Part shown: positions 1 to 7,304 of the stretch, one piece after another
Position numbering within the stretch: the first letter of the stretch is position 1
Layout: every line of letters starts with the position of its first letter
Source of the DNA: Candidatus Saccharimonadota bacterium
GTDB lineage: Bacteria; Patescibacteriota; Saccharimonadia; Saccharimonadales; Saccharimonadaceae
Assembly (NCBI GenBank): GCA_017432365.1
Contig: JAFRJG010000018.1
Location: forward strand, 27,672 to 91,671
Direction of reading: 5' to 3'
Length of the DNA: 64,000 nucleotides
Notes under the pieces: model-generated
Told to the model about the DNA's origin: nothing
Seen by the model: only the letters and a program-made list of their open reading frames with translations
Database searches by the model: none
Translations under genes and position numbers: made by a program

Positions 1-23
1 ACCCCTTTCGGGGTTATTTTTTT
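1..23 (+). terminator. Hairpin ACCCC-TTTC-GGGGT followed by TTATTTTTTT. It reads as an intrinsic terminator for a + strand gene left of the window, converging on rpsH.
   Basis: GC stem at 1-14 and T-run at 15-23 are seen directly. The element is cut by the window edge and overlaps the rpsH stop (22-24). Confidence 0.45.
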
Positions 24-423
24 ACCATACCTTTACTAGGACTTCGCCACCGAGGCGGAGTTTTTTCGCGTTGCGTCCGGTCATGATTCCCTTCGAGGTC
101 GAAAGGAGGACAAGTCCGCGTCCGGATTTTACGGTTGGGATTTCGTCAGCCGAGACATAAACGCGACGACCGGGTTTCGAGACTTTCGAGATTTCGTTAA
201 TCTTCGAGTTTTTTCCAGGTTCGGCGATTAGAACATGGAGCGTGGCACGGGGGCTACGGTCGATTAGCTCGTAATCGAAGAGATAGCCGGCGGTTTTTAA
301 CGCTTCAACGACGGCAACTTTCAGCTTCGAGGTCGGGAGGTAGATTTCGGTTTTTCCAACCATCAAAGCGTTGCGAATCCGAGTCAAGAGGTCGGCGAGT
401 TGGTCTGTGGATTGTAATGACAT
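22..423 (-). CDS. rpsH: 30S ribosomal protein S8
   Basis: 133 aa. N-terminal DQLADLLTRIRNA and C-terminal GGEVLVKVW are typical of S8. It sits after S14 in the cluster. Confidence 0.95.
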   Translation of the reverse strand: MSLQSTDQLADLLTRIRNALMVGKTEIYLPTSKLKVAVVEALKTAGYLFDYELIDRSPRATLHVLIAEPGKNSKINEISKVSKPGRRVYVSADEIPTVKSGRGLVLLSTSKGIMTGRNAKKLRLGGEVLVKVW

Positions 424-440
424 ATCTTTTCTCCTTTCTC

Positions 441-710
441 CTACCAGCTACTTTTGGTTACGCCAGGGATTTCACCCTTACTGGCTTTTTCGCGGAAGGT
501 GATACGGCTCATACCGAAGCGACGCATATAACCACGCGGACGTCCGTCGAGCAGGTCGCGGTTTTTTAGACGAGTAACAGAGGCGTTACGCGGAAGTTTT
601 GCGAGACCTTCAAGGTCGCCGGCGGCTTTTAGCTCGTCGTGTTTCGCTTTATATTTTTCATAAAGTTTCATGCGCTTTTTGTCGCGGAGAACGGCGGATT
701 TTTTAGCCAT
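441..710 (-). CDS. rpsN: 30S ribosomal protein S14 (long, non-zinc type)
   Basis: Starts [13 protein letters not shown] and ends [11 protein letters not shown]. Start placed at the ATG at 710, 1 nt after the rplE stop; the ORF-track start at 731 lies inside rplE. Confidence 0.9.
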   Translation of the reverse strand: MAKKSAVLRDKKRMKLYEKYKAKHDELKAAGDLEGLAKLPRNASVTRLKNRDLLDGRPRGYMRRFGMSRITFREKASKGEIPGVTKSSW

Positions 711-711
711 G

Positions 712-1284
712 TTATTTGTTCTCCTTTTCAAACGGCATGCCGAATTTTTCTAGCAATTTAAGGCTTCCTTCCTTTGAACCATTTTTACTGATAAACGTAA
801 TTTCGAGACCGTGGAGGACGGCGGAGTCTTCGAAGGTGATTTCCGGGAAGACGGTCTGTTCGCGGAGACCGAGGGAGTAATTCCCCTTTGCATCGAAGGC
901 TTTACGCGAGACACCATGGAAATCGCGGACGTGGGGGAGAGCGATGTTGATTAAGCGGTCGGCAAATTCGTACATCTTGTCGTTACGAAGAGTGACGAGA
1001 TAACCGACGGGGGCGCCCATGCCCTTGCGGATTTTAAAGGTCGCGATGGACTTTTTTGCGAGGCGAGAAGTTGGGACTTGACCAGTGATTTTTTCAAGGG
1101 TCAGAGCGACGGTTTCGGTAAAGCGCTTGTCTTCGCGTTTTTTACCGACGCCAGAGCTGACGACGATTTTCTTCAGTTCCGGAACTTCATGAAGGTTCTT
1201 TAAGTTTAATTCTTTTTTCAGTTCTTCGCGCAGCTTGTCCGTATATTCGGTTTTTAAGCGCGGGGTGTATTTAGATTCGGACAT
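712..1284 (-). CDS. rplE: 50S ribosomal protein L5
   Basis: 190 aa. Contains [22 protein letters not shown] and [20 protein letters not shown]. Its start overlaps the rplN stop by 1 nt (TAATG). Confidence 0.95.
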   Translation of the reverse strand: MSESKYTPRLKTEYTDKLREELKKELNLKNLHEVPELKKIVVSSGVGKKREDKRFTETVALTLEKITGQVPTSRLAKKSIATFKIRKGMGAPVGYLVTLRNDKMYEFADRLINIALPHVRDFHGVSRKAFDAKGNYSLGLREQTVFPEITFEDSAVLHGLEITFISKNGSKEGSLKLLEKFGMPFEKENK

Positions 1285-1652
1285 TAGAGAACCTCCGGAG
1301 CTAAGCTGATGATTTTAGTAAAGCCGAGGTCGCGGAGTTCGCGAGGAACGGGTCCGAAAACGCGAGTCCCACGAGGGGTCTTGTCGTCGTTGACGAGGAC
1401 AGCGGCGTTGTCGTCGAAGCGAATCGTGGAGCCGTCAGGACGGCGGATTTGAGCACGAGTACGAACGATAACGGCGCGGACAACGGCTTTTTTCTTGACG
1501 CCGCCGGTCGGGGAGGCGTCTTTAACGCTACAAGTGACGATGTCGCCGACGCGAGCGTAACGGGCGCGAGTCCCGCCGAGAACGCGGATAACACCGAGTT
1601 CCTTAGCGCCAGAGTTATCGGCAACCTTGAGCCGGGTTTCTGGTTGAATCAT
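1284..1652 (-). CDS. rplN: 50S ribosomal protein L14
   Basis: Begins [18 protein letters not shown], ending APEVL. Start placed at the ATG at 1652, just after the rpsQ stop. Confidence 0.95.
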   Translation of the reverse strand: MIQPETRLKVADNSGAKELGVIRVLGGTRARYARVGDIVTCSVKDASPTGGVKKKAVVRAVIVRTRAQIRRPDGSTIRFDDNAAVLVNDDKTPRGTRVFGPVPRELRDLGFTKIISLAPEVL

Positions 1653-1653
1653 A

Positions 1654-1998
1654 TTATTCTTTCTCTCCTTCCTCAGTAGGCGCAATCGGTTCGGCAGACT
1701 TTTTTATGCCGACGGTTTCGAGAGCGTCGTGGAGGTTTTCTTGAAGCTCGACCGTGCCGTGGGAACGTTCGAGGACCTTAACGAGTTTATAACTCTTGGT
1801 CTTCGAGATAGGACGGCAAGAGACGATTTCGACCGTGTCGCCGAGATGAGCTTCGTTATTTTCGTCGTGAGCGGTATATTTACGGGTTTTAGTGAATTGT
1901 TTGCGGTATAAAGGGTGAGTCTCGCGGTTCGCGATTTCGACGGTGATGGTTTTATCGCGTTTATCGGAAGAGACGACCCCGACTAGAGTGTGTGCCAT
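1654..1998 (-). CDS. rpsQ: 30S ribosomal protein S17 with about a 30-aa C-terminal extension
   Basis: Contains [24 protein letters not shown] and [29 protein letters not shown]. Its start overlaps the rplP stop by 1 nt. Confidence 0.9.
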   Translation of the reverse strand: MAHTLVGVVSSDKRDKTITVEIANRETHPLYRKQFTKTRKYTAHDENNEAHLGDTVEIVSCRPISKTKSYKLVKVLERSHGTVELQENLHDALETVGIKKSAEPIAPTEEGEKE

Positions 1999-2417
1999 TA
2001 TGCCTCCTCTTTCTTTATAATTTTCGTTTTCACGGGTAATTTATGACCAGCGAGACGGAGGGCTTCTTTAGCCTGTTCCTCGGTCACGCCAGCGACCTCG
2101 AACATGACAGTTCCCTCTTTAACTTTGGCGACGTAGAACTGGGGTTCGCCTTTGCCAGAGCCCATTTTTACGTCGAGCGGTTTTTTCGTGACGGGGGTGT
2201 GGGGAAAAATCCGAATCCACATTTCGCCACCGCGTTTGTTGTAGCGAGTAATCGCTTGGCGGGCGGCTTCGATTTGGCGGGAGGTGATACGTTCGTTTTG
2301 AAGCGAGACGAGACCATATTCGCCGAAGGCGACTGTGTTGCAGCGGGAAGCCTTCCCAGTGTTTTTACCTTTACGGACTTTACGATGTGCCCATTTTTTC
2401 GGAACTAGAAGTGCCAT
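1998..2417 (-). CDS. rplP: 50S ribosomal protein L16
   Basis: 139 aa. Contains FGEYGL, RITSRQIEAARQAITR, GGEMWIRIFPH and PVTKKP. Confidence 0.95.
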   Translation of the reverse strand: MALLVPKKWAHRKVRKGKNTGKASRCNTVAFGEYGLVSLQNERITSRQIEAARQAITRYNKRGGEMWIRIFPHTPVTKKPLDVKMGSGKGEPQFYVAKVKEGTVMFEVAGVTEEQAKEALRLAGHKLPVKTKIIKKEEA

Positions 2418-2418
2418 A

Positions 2419-3045
2419 TTATTTCTCCCCCTTATAAATCCAAACTTTTACACCAACGATACCGGCGATGGTCTGGGCGTGATGACAGTAGAAATCAATG
2501 TCGGCGCGGAGGGTATGGAGAGGCACGGAGCCTTCGATGAACTTTTCGCGGCGAGACATTTCAGCGCCATTCAAACGACCAGAGACTTCGATACGGACGC
2601 CTTTCGCGCCAGCGGTCATGGTTGACTGACAAGCCATTTTTACGGCACGGCGGAAGTTCATACGCTTCCCGAGCTGGAAACCGATATTTTCGGCAACGAG
2701 CTTGGCGTTTAGTTCGGGTTTTTTAACTTCTTCGACGTTAATGCGGAGCGGACCGTCAACGATTTTTTCGAGTTCTTTTTTCAACTCGTTAATTCCAGAG
2801 CCTTGTTTACCGATAACGGCGCCGGCTTTGGCGGTTAAAATTGTAATCGTGGTCAGGTTCGCGGAGCGTTCGATATTGACTTTCGCGATAGTCGGGCGGG
2901 ATTTAAACCGGTTCTCGACGATTTCGCGGATTTTAATGTCTTCAATCAGCCAAGTCTTAAAGTCGGATTTCTTAGTGAACCACTTAGAGGACCAGTCTTT
3001 ACTGACCTGAAGACGATAGGAAATCGGGTTTACTTTTTGTCCCAT
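2419..3045 (-). CDS. rpsC: 30S ribosomal protein S3
   Basis: 208 aa. Begins MGQKVNPISYRL; has the KH-like segment GAVIGKQGSGI and GRLNGAEMSRRE. Confidence 0.95.
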   Translation of the reverse strand: MGQKVNPISYRLQVSKDWSSKWFTKKSDFKTWLIEDIKIREIVENRFKSRPTIAKVNIERSANLTTITILTAKAGAVIGKQGSGINELKKELEKIVDGPLRINVEEVKKPELNAKLVAENIGFQLGKRMNFRRAVKMACQSTMTAGAKGVRIEVSGRLNGAEMSRREKFIEGSVPLHTLRADIDFYCHHAQTIAGIVGVKVWIYKGEK

Positions 3046-3461
3046 TATTTCTTCTCCTCTTTCTTTACGACCTTTTTCTCGGCTTTTTTATCTGTTTTCG
3101 TTTCAGCTTTCGGCTTTTCTTCTCCGGCGACTTCAACGAAGATATTGGACGAGACTTTTTCAAACGGAAGAGCACGACCGCGAGAGGCGGGAACATAGCG
3201 GCGGATACGGGTTCCAGCAGTGACGGAAATACGAGCGATACGAATCGTTTTCGGGTCGATATTTTCGTACTTGTTCATCAAGTTCGCGGCGGCGGACTCG
3301 ACGGCTTTTCGAACCGGACGAGCGGCGCGGCGCGGAGTATGCTCGAGAATCACGACGGCGTCGGCGACGTAGCGGTCGCGGACGAGCGCGGCAACGACGC
3401 TAGCCTTTCGCGGCATCGAGTCAATTTTCTTTTCGTAAGCGTGAGCAAAGCGGGTTTCCAT
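3045..3461 (-). CDS. rplV: 50S ribosomal protein L22 with a Lys-rich C-terminal tail
   Basis: 138 aa, with an RKASVVAALVR core and an IRRYVPASRGRA-like segment. Located between S19 and S3. Confidence 0.9.
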   Translation of the reverse strand: METRFAHAYEKKIDSMPRKASVVAALVRDRYVADAVVILEHTPRRAARPVRKAVESAAANLMNKYENIDPKTIRIARISVTAGTRIRRYVPASRGRALPFEKVSSNIFVEVAGEEKPKAETKTDKKAEKKVVKKEEKK

Positions 3462-3463
3462 GA

Positions 3464-3757
3464 CTAGTTACCTCCCTTTGCAGCGGCAGCTTCAGCAGCT
3501 TTTTTACCGCCATGGCGCTTAAATTTCCGAGTCGGGGCGAATTCTCCGAGTTTATGACCGACCATGTTTTCGGAAATAAAGACGGGAACATGGGTTTTAC
3601 CGTTATGGACGGCAATCGTGCGTCCGACCATTTCTGGGGAAATTGTCGAGCAACGCGCCCAAGTCTTTATAACCGTTCGGTCTTCAGCGGAGAGAGCGCG
3701 GATTTTCTTTTCGAGCTTGTAGTCCACAAACGGACCCTTTTTCAAACTACGAGACAT
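3464..3757 (-). CDS. rpsS: 30S ribosomal protein S19
   Basis: Begins [12 protein letters not shown]; also has [33 protein letters not shown]. Confidence 0.95.
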   Translation of the reverse strand: MSRSLKKGPFVDYKLEKKIRALSAEDRTVIKTWARCSTISPEMVGRTIAVHNGKTHVPVFISENMVGHKLGEFAPTRKFKRHGGKKAAEAAAAKGGN

Positions 3758-4590
3758 TATTTCCTCTTTCCTTCGTGGCGACTACGCACGATTAGTTTGT
3801 TAGTTTTCTTATTATGACGGGTGCGATAACCTAGAGTGAGCTGACCCCAAGGCGTACGCGGAGCTTTTCCAGAGCCGTGACGACCGCCGTCACCACCACC
3901 ATGAGGGTGGTCACAAGCGTTCATAACGACACCGCGGACGGTCGGGCGGATACCTTTACGGCGGACGCGACCGGCGGAGCCTTTCTTGATGTTCTGATGT
4001 TGGACGTTCGAGACGGTTCCGATACTCGCTTCGCAAGTTTCGAGGACTTTACGAACTTCTCCGGACGGCATTTTCAAAGTTGCGTAGCCGTTTTCGCGAG
4101 CCATGAGCTGGGCGGAAGTTCCGGCGGCGCGAACCATCTGGGCGCCTTTTCCGGGGGTCAGTTCAATCGCATAAACGAAGGTACCGACAGGAATATCGGA
4201 GAGTTTCAGGCGGTTACCGGTTTCGACCGGGGCTTGTTCGCCGGTCTCGAAAGTGGAGCCTTTCGTCATTTCGGTATGAGCGAGGACGTAGTAATAAGTT
4301 CCGTTCTCGTCTTTAACGCGGGCGATACGCGCCGAGCGGTTCGGGTCGTATTCGATTTCCTCGACGGTTAGTTTCAGACCTTTCGGGAGGTTATGAGTCA
4401 AGAGACGGTAATGGCGTTTGACGCCGCCGCCGCGATGGCGAACGGTGATACGACCTTGGTTGTTTTTTCCGGCTTGTTGCTTTTTAGCGAGGGTCAGGGA
4501 CTTCAAGGGTTTTTTCGTGGTAATTTGGTCAAAATCTTGAGTCGTTTTCTGACGTTGCGCCGGAGTTGTCGGGCGATAAGCTTTTAACAT
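3757..4590 (-). CDS. rplB: 50S ribosomal protein L2
   Basis: 277 aa. Contains [27 protein letters not shown] and PRTPWG. Confidence 0.97.
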   Translation of the reverse strand: MLKAYRPTTPAQRQKTTQDFDQITTKKPLKSLTLAKKQQAGKNNQGRITVRHRGGGVKRHYRLLTHNLPKGLKLTVEEIEYDPNRSARIARVKDENGTYYYVLAHTEMTKGSTFETGEQAPVETGNRLKLSDIPVGTFVYAIELTPGKGAQMVRAAGTSAQLMARENGYATLKMPSGEVRKVLETCEASIGTVSNVQHQNIKKGSAGRVRRKGIRPTVRGVVMNACDHPHGGGDGGRHGSGKAPRTPWGQLTLGYRTRHNKKTNKLIVRSRHEGKRK

Positions 4591-5051
4591 TATTTCTTCT
4601 CCTTGTCTGCATTCGTGTCGGCTTCAGCCGGGGCTTTAGCTTCCTTTGCGCTGACTTTAGTGGGTTTTGAGGTTTCGGGAGTCTCGGCGGTTTCTGGGGT
4701 CTTAAAGACGGTTATCGAATCGCCGGATTTCAAGGTAACGTAAGCGAGTTTATGGTCGCGGCGGAACGCCGTACCAGGGTAAGCATGTTTGCCTTTAGAG
4801 AAGCGGCATTTCTTTCCCTTTCGGGTTAAGACGCGAACGTCAACGACGGAGACCTTAAACTCCTTTTCAACCCGGGCTTTAATTTCCGGTTTCGAGGAGC
4901 CGAGCGGTACGAAGAAGGCGTAAGTGTTCTTTGTCTGTTCGTTATAGGTTTTCTCCGTGGCACGAGGGGTCAGGAGGGATTTTAACTTTAAGGCTTCTTC
5001 GGTCTTTTTCGACTTTTCGCCAGCCTTTAAGACGGTTTTCTTTTCAGCCAT
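4590..5051 (-). CDS. rplW: 50S ribosomal protein L23 with low-complexity N- and C-terminal extensions
   Basis: 153 aa. Core reads TYAFFVPLGSSKPEIKARVEKEFKVSVVDVRVL followed by KLAYVTLKSGDSI. Located between L4 and L2. Confidence 0.85.
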   Translation of the reverse strand: MAEKKTVLKAGEKSKKTEEALKLKSLLTPRATEKTYNEQTKNTYAFFVPLGSSKPEIKARVEKEFKVSVVDVRVLTRKGKKCRFSKGKHAYPGTAFRRDHKLAYVTLKSGDSITVFKTPETAETPETSKPTKVSAKEAKAPAEADTNADKEKK

Positions 5052-5695
5052 TATTTATCCTCCTTTTTCGCGGGTTTCTCAGCGGTCTTTACCTCGGTTC
5101 CGAGGAGCCAAGTCTCAAGGTCGGTCAGAGCCTTTTCGTCGAAGATAATCCGGTCGGCATTCAGGAGGTCGAAGACGTTGAGATAAGTCGCGCGGACGAG
5201 CTTAACGTTTCCGAGGTTGTTCGTTGAACGGAGATTTTCCGGAGTCTTTTCCGAAACGACGAGGAGAACGGCGTCGCTGTCGGCGATTTTGAGGGATTTC
5301 AAGAGGGAGACCGTGTCCTTAGTCTTTCCCTTGAGCGAGGCGAGCGAAGCAGTTGAGACGGTTTTTTCGGCGTTTTTCAGCGAGAGAGCTTGGCGAACGG
5401 CGAGTTTTTTCGCGTTTTTCGCAAGGGATTTAGTAAAGTTTTCCTCGCCGGTGCGACCGAAGGCGACGCCACCATGACGCCAAATCGGGTTTCGGGTTGA
5501 GCCGAAGCGAGCGCGACCGGTTCCCTTCTGTTTCCAGGGCTTTTTACCGCCACCACGGACTTCACCGCGCTTGAGGGTTTTCGCGTGGGAAGAGCGGGAG
5601 TTCGCGAGATAAGAATCATAGGCGAGCTTGAGGAGTTCGTGATTTTCTACTTCGAGAGCGAAGATGTCTTTGTTGAGTTTCGTAGTTTCCGCCAT
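5051..5695 (-). CDS. rplD: 50S ribosomal protein L4
   Basis: 214 aa. Contains RGEVRGGGKKPWKQKGTGRARFGSTRNPIWRHGGVAFG. Confidence 0.95.
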   Translation of the reverse strand: MAETTKLNKDIFALEVENHELLKLAYDSYLANSRSSHAKTLKRGEVRGGGKKPWKQKGTGRARFGSTRNPIWRHGGVAFGRTGEENFTKSLAKNAKKLAVRQALSLKNAEKTVSTASLASLKGKTKDTVSLLKSLKIADSDAVLLVVSEKTPENLRSTNNLGNVKLVRATYLNVFDLLNADRIIFDEKALTDLETWLLGTEVKTAEKPAKKEDK

Positions 5696-5696
5696 A

Positions 5697-6314
5697 TTAT
5701 TCCTTTCCCTCGAGGGCTAAAGTTCCCTTTTTGGGTCCAGGGACGGCGCCCTTGAGACCGATAAGATTGTTTTCTTTGTCGATATAGGCGACGACGAGGT
5801 TTTTAACGGTTACCTTATCATGGCCCATGCGACCAGGCATGCGCTTACCCTTGAAGACCTTTTGAGGGTACATTGAGCCGATTGAGCCGACTTTACGGAT
5901 GTCGCCTTTGAAACCGTGGGTATTGCGGGACTCCGCAAAGTTCCAGCGTTTAACGGTTCCGGCGTAGCCTTTACCTTTAGAGGTTCCAGTAACGGAAACC
6001 TTATCGCCGAGGGCGAAAGCTTCGACGGTAATTACATCACCGAGCTTAGCTTCAGGGGTCGCGTCGAGACGGAACTCCTTTAAGATTTTCGGGTTTAAGT
6101 TTTCTCCAGCCTTTTTGACGTGGGCGGAGACCGACTTGCTCAGATTCTTACCCTTACCAAACCCAAGCTGGACAGCGTTATAACCATCGGTTTCGACGGT
6201 TTTAATCTGAGTCACTGTCGCGGGGCCGGCTTCGATAATCGTAACAGGGGTCACGACGCCATCGTCGCCGATGATTTGGGTCATACCAATTTTGGTGCCG
6301 AGAATGACTTTCAT
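5697..6314 (-). CDS. rplC: 50S ribosomal protein L3
   Basis: Contains MKVILGTKIGMTQ, GTSKGKGYAGTVKRWNF and GSIGSMYPQKVFKGKRMPGRMG. Start placed at the ATG at 6314, which follows GGAAAGGAAAGA. The 6404 start adds 30 non-conserved residues. Confidence 0.9.
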   Translation of the reverse strand: MKVILGTKIGMTQIIGDDGVVTPVTIIEAGPATVTQIKTVETDGYNAVQLGFGKGKNLSKSVSAHVKKAGENLNPKILKEFRLDATPEAKLGDVITVEAFALGDKVSVTGTSKGKGYAGTVKRWNFAESRNTHGFKGDIRKVGSIGSMYPQKVFKGKRMPGRMGHDKVTVKNLVVAYIDKENNLIGLKGAVPGPKKGTLALEGKE

Positions 6315-6402
6315 TCTTTCCTTTCCCTTAAATTTGACATTAATAAATCTAGACTCTAAGAGTTTCCCGAGGGACTTTTTAGGTAGTCTAGTTAGTGAGG
6401 AC

Positions 6403-6411
6403 ATTTTATCA
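6403..6411 (-). promoter_or_regulatory. Possible extended -10 (TGATAAAAT on the minus strand) for the rplC-rpsH operon
   Basis: Sequence motif only, with a poor -35. It would give a leader of roughly 80 nt. Confidence 0.25.
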
Positions 6412-6455
6412 TATCTGGAAGATTATCGCAAGAGGGGAAAACGGATTTTTCCGGT

Positions 6456-6494
6456 AGAGGGGGTTTCTTGCGTAATAAAGAGGGGTTCTTGCGT
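6456..6494 (+). promoter_or_regulatory. Two imperfect direct repeats, AGAGGGG(G)TT(T)CTTGCGT, with starts 23 nt apart, ending 5 nt before the -35 box
   Basis: Copies at 6456-6473 and 6479-6494, seen directly. The position is typical of an activator or operator site. Confidence 0.4.
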
Positions 6495-6499
6495 GACTA

Positions 6500-6528
6500 T
6501 TGACTTTTAGCGGGTTATGTAGTATAAT
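6500..6528 (+). promoter_or_regulatory. Near-consensus sigma70-type promoter: TTGACT, 17 nt, TATAAT
   Basis: TTGACT at 6500-6505 and TATAAT at 6523-6528. AGGAGG lies 6 nt before the ATG at 6593. Confidence 0.7.
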
Positions 6529-6592
6529 ATAGGAGTCGTTTTCTTGGAGGTGTTCCAAGATTGAAGTTATTTTTAAGAAAGGAGGACTCGTT

Positions 6593-7204
6593 ATGTGTCT
6601 TCTGAAAACTGGAACCCGTATTTTTTCCGTACTTGGCGAGCCGCTCAACATGCCGGATTTTCCGGTACTGCCTCCTGAATGGGCGATTGAGTTTGAAGTC
6701 GCCGATTCTAAAGCGGGGCGCTCCGCTGTTGCTAAAGCGATGAATCACGGCAACGCGAAGCTGCCCTTTGCGGAGGTACGCGAGGAAGCGTACCAGATTG
6801 GGTGGGTTGCCCGACCGCGCTACCTTCAGGGGCTCGTGTTCAGCGACAGCCCGATTGACGGTACCGAGCGTTACCTGCTCGGGACTACAAAGGTAGCTCC
6901 GCCGGAGGATTTGTTCTCCATGGCGGACCCGTCAGGTTACGGGCACTACCACGTATTCTCGTTGGGCTTGGGCGACGCTGTGCCGGAAACTGCGGCGGAC
7001 ATTGCCACTCGATATGCCGAAGGGCAGGGCTTCTTGATGAAGTCCTACGAGGGGAGCCTGATTTTCGCGATTTATCACGAAGAGACTGCGGAAACGCCGG
7101 CTTCCTGGCAGGTTTATGGCGGGGGCGGGACGGTTTACTTGCATTTTCTGGAAGAGGCCGTCAAGGACGCCCGCCGGAATGGCGTTCTGTTATACGAAGC
7201 CTAG
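6593..7204 (+). CDS. Hypothetical protein (203 aa). No family recognised; composition is atypical for this strand.
   Basis: Has a strong SD (AGGAGG), its own promoter and its own terminator. It is the only + strand gene between rpoC and rplC. Confidence 0.65.
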   Translation: MCLLKTGTRIFSVLGEPLNMPDFPVLPPEWAIEFEVADSKAGRSAVAKAMNHGNAKLPFAEVREEAYQIGWVARPRYLQGLVFSDSPIDGTERYLLGTTKVAPPEDLFSMADPSGYGHYHVFSLGLGDAVPETAADIATRYAEGQGFLMKSYEGSLIFAIYHEETAETPASWQVYGGGGTVYLHFLEEAVKDARRNGVLLYEA

Positions 7205-7249
7205 ACCTCTTGTCCTTACCTGATTTTGACACCCCATAACCCTCCTTTC

Positions 7250-7276
7250 AAAACTCCCGCGTAAGCGGGAGTTTTT
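7250..7276. terminator. Bidirectional intrinsic terminator: ACTCCCGC-GTAA-GCGGGAGT flanked by an A-run and a T-run
   Basis: 8-bp GC-rich stem at 7253-7272 and T-run at 7272-7276. Lies between the convergent ORF 6593-7204 and rpoC. Confidence 0.8.
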
Positions 7277-7304
7277 GCGTGGGGGAGTTTTTTTGATGTT
7301 TATT

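Noticed and set aside
6409-6748. Minus-strand ORFs 6409-6651 and 6515-6748 in the rplC-upstream region.
   Set aside because: They overlap the consensus + strand promoter, the SD and the 5' end of ORF 6593-7204. They have no SD and their sequences are not protein-like.
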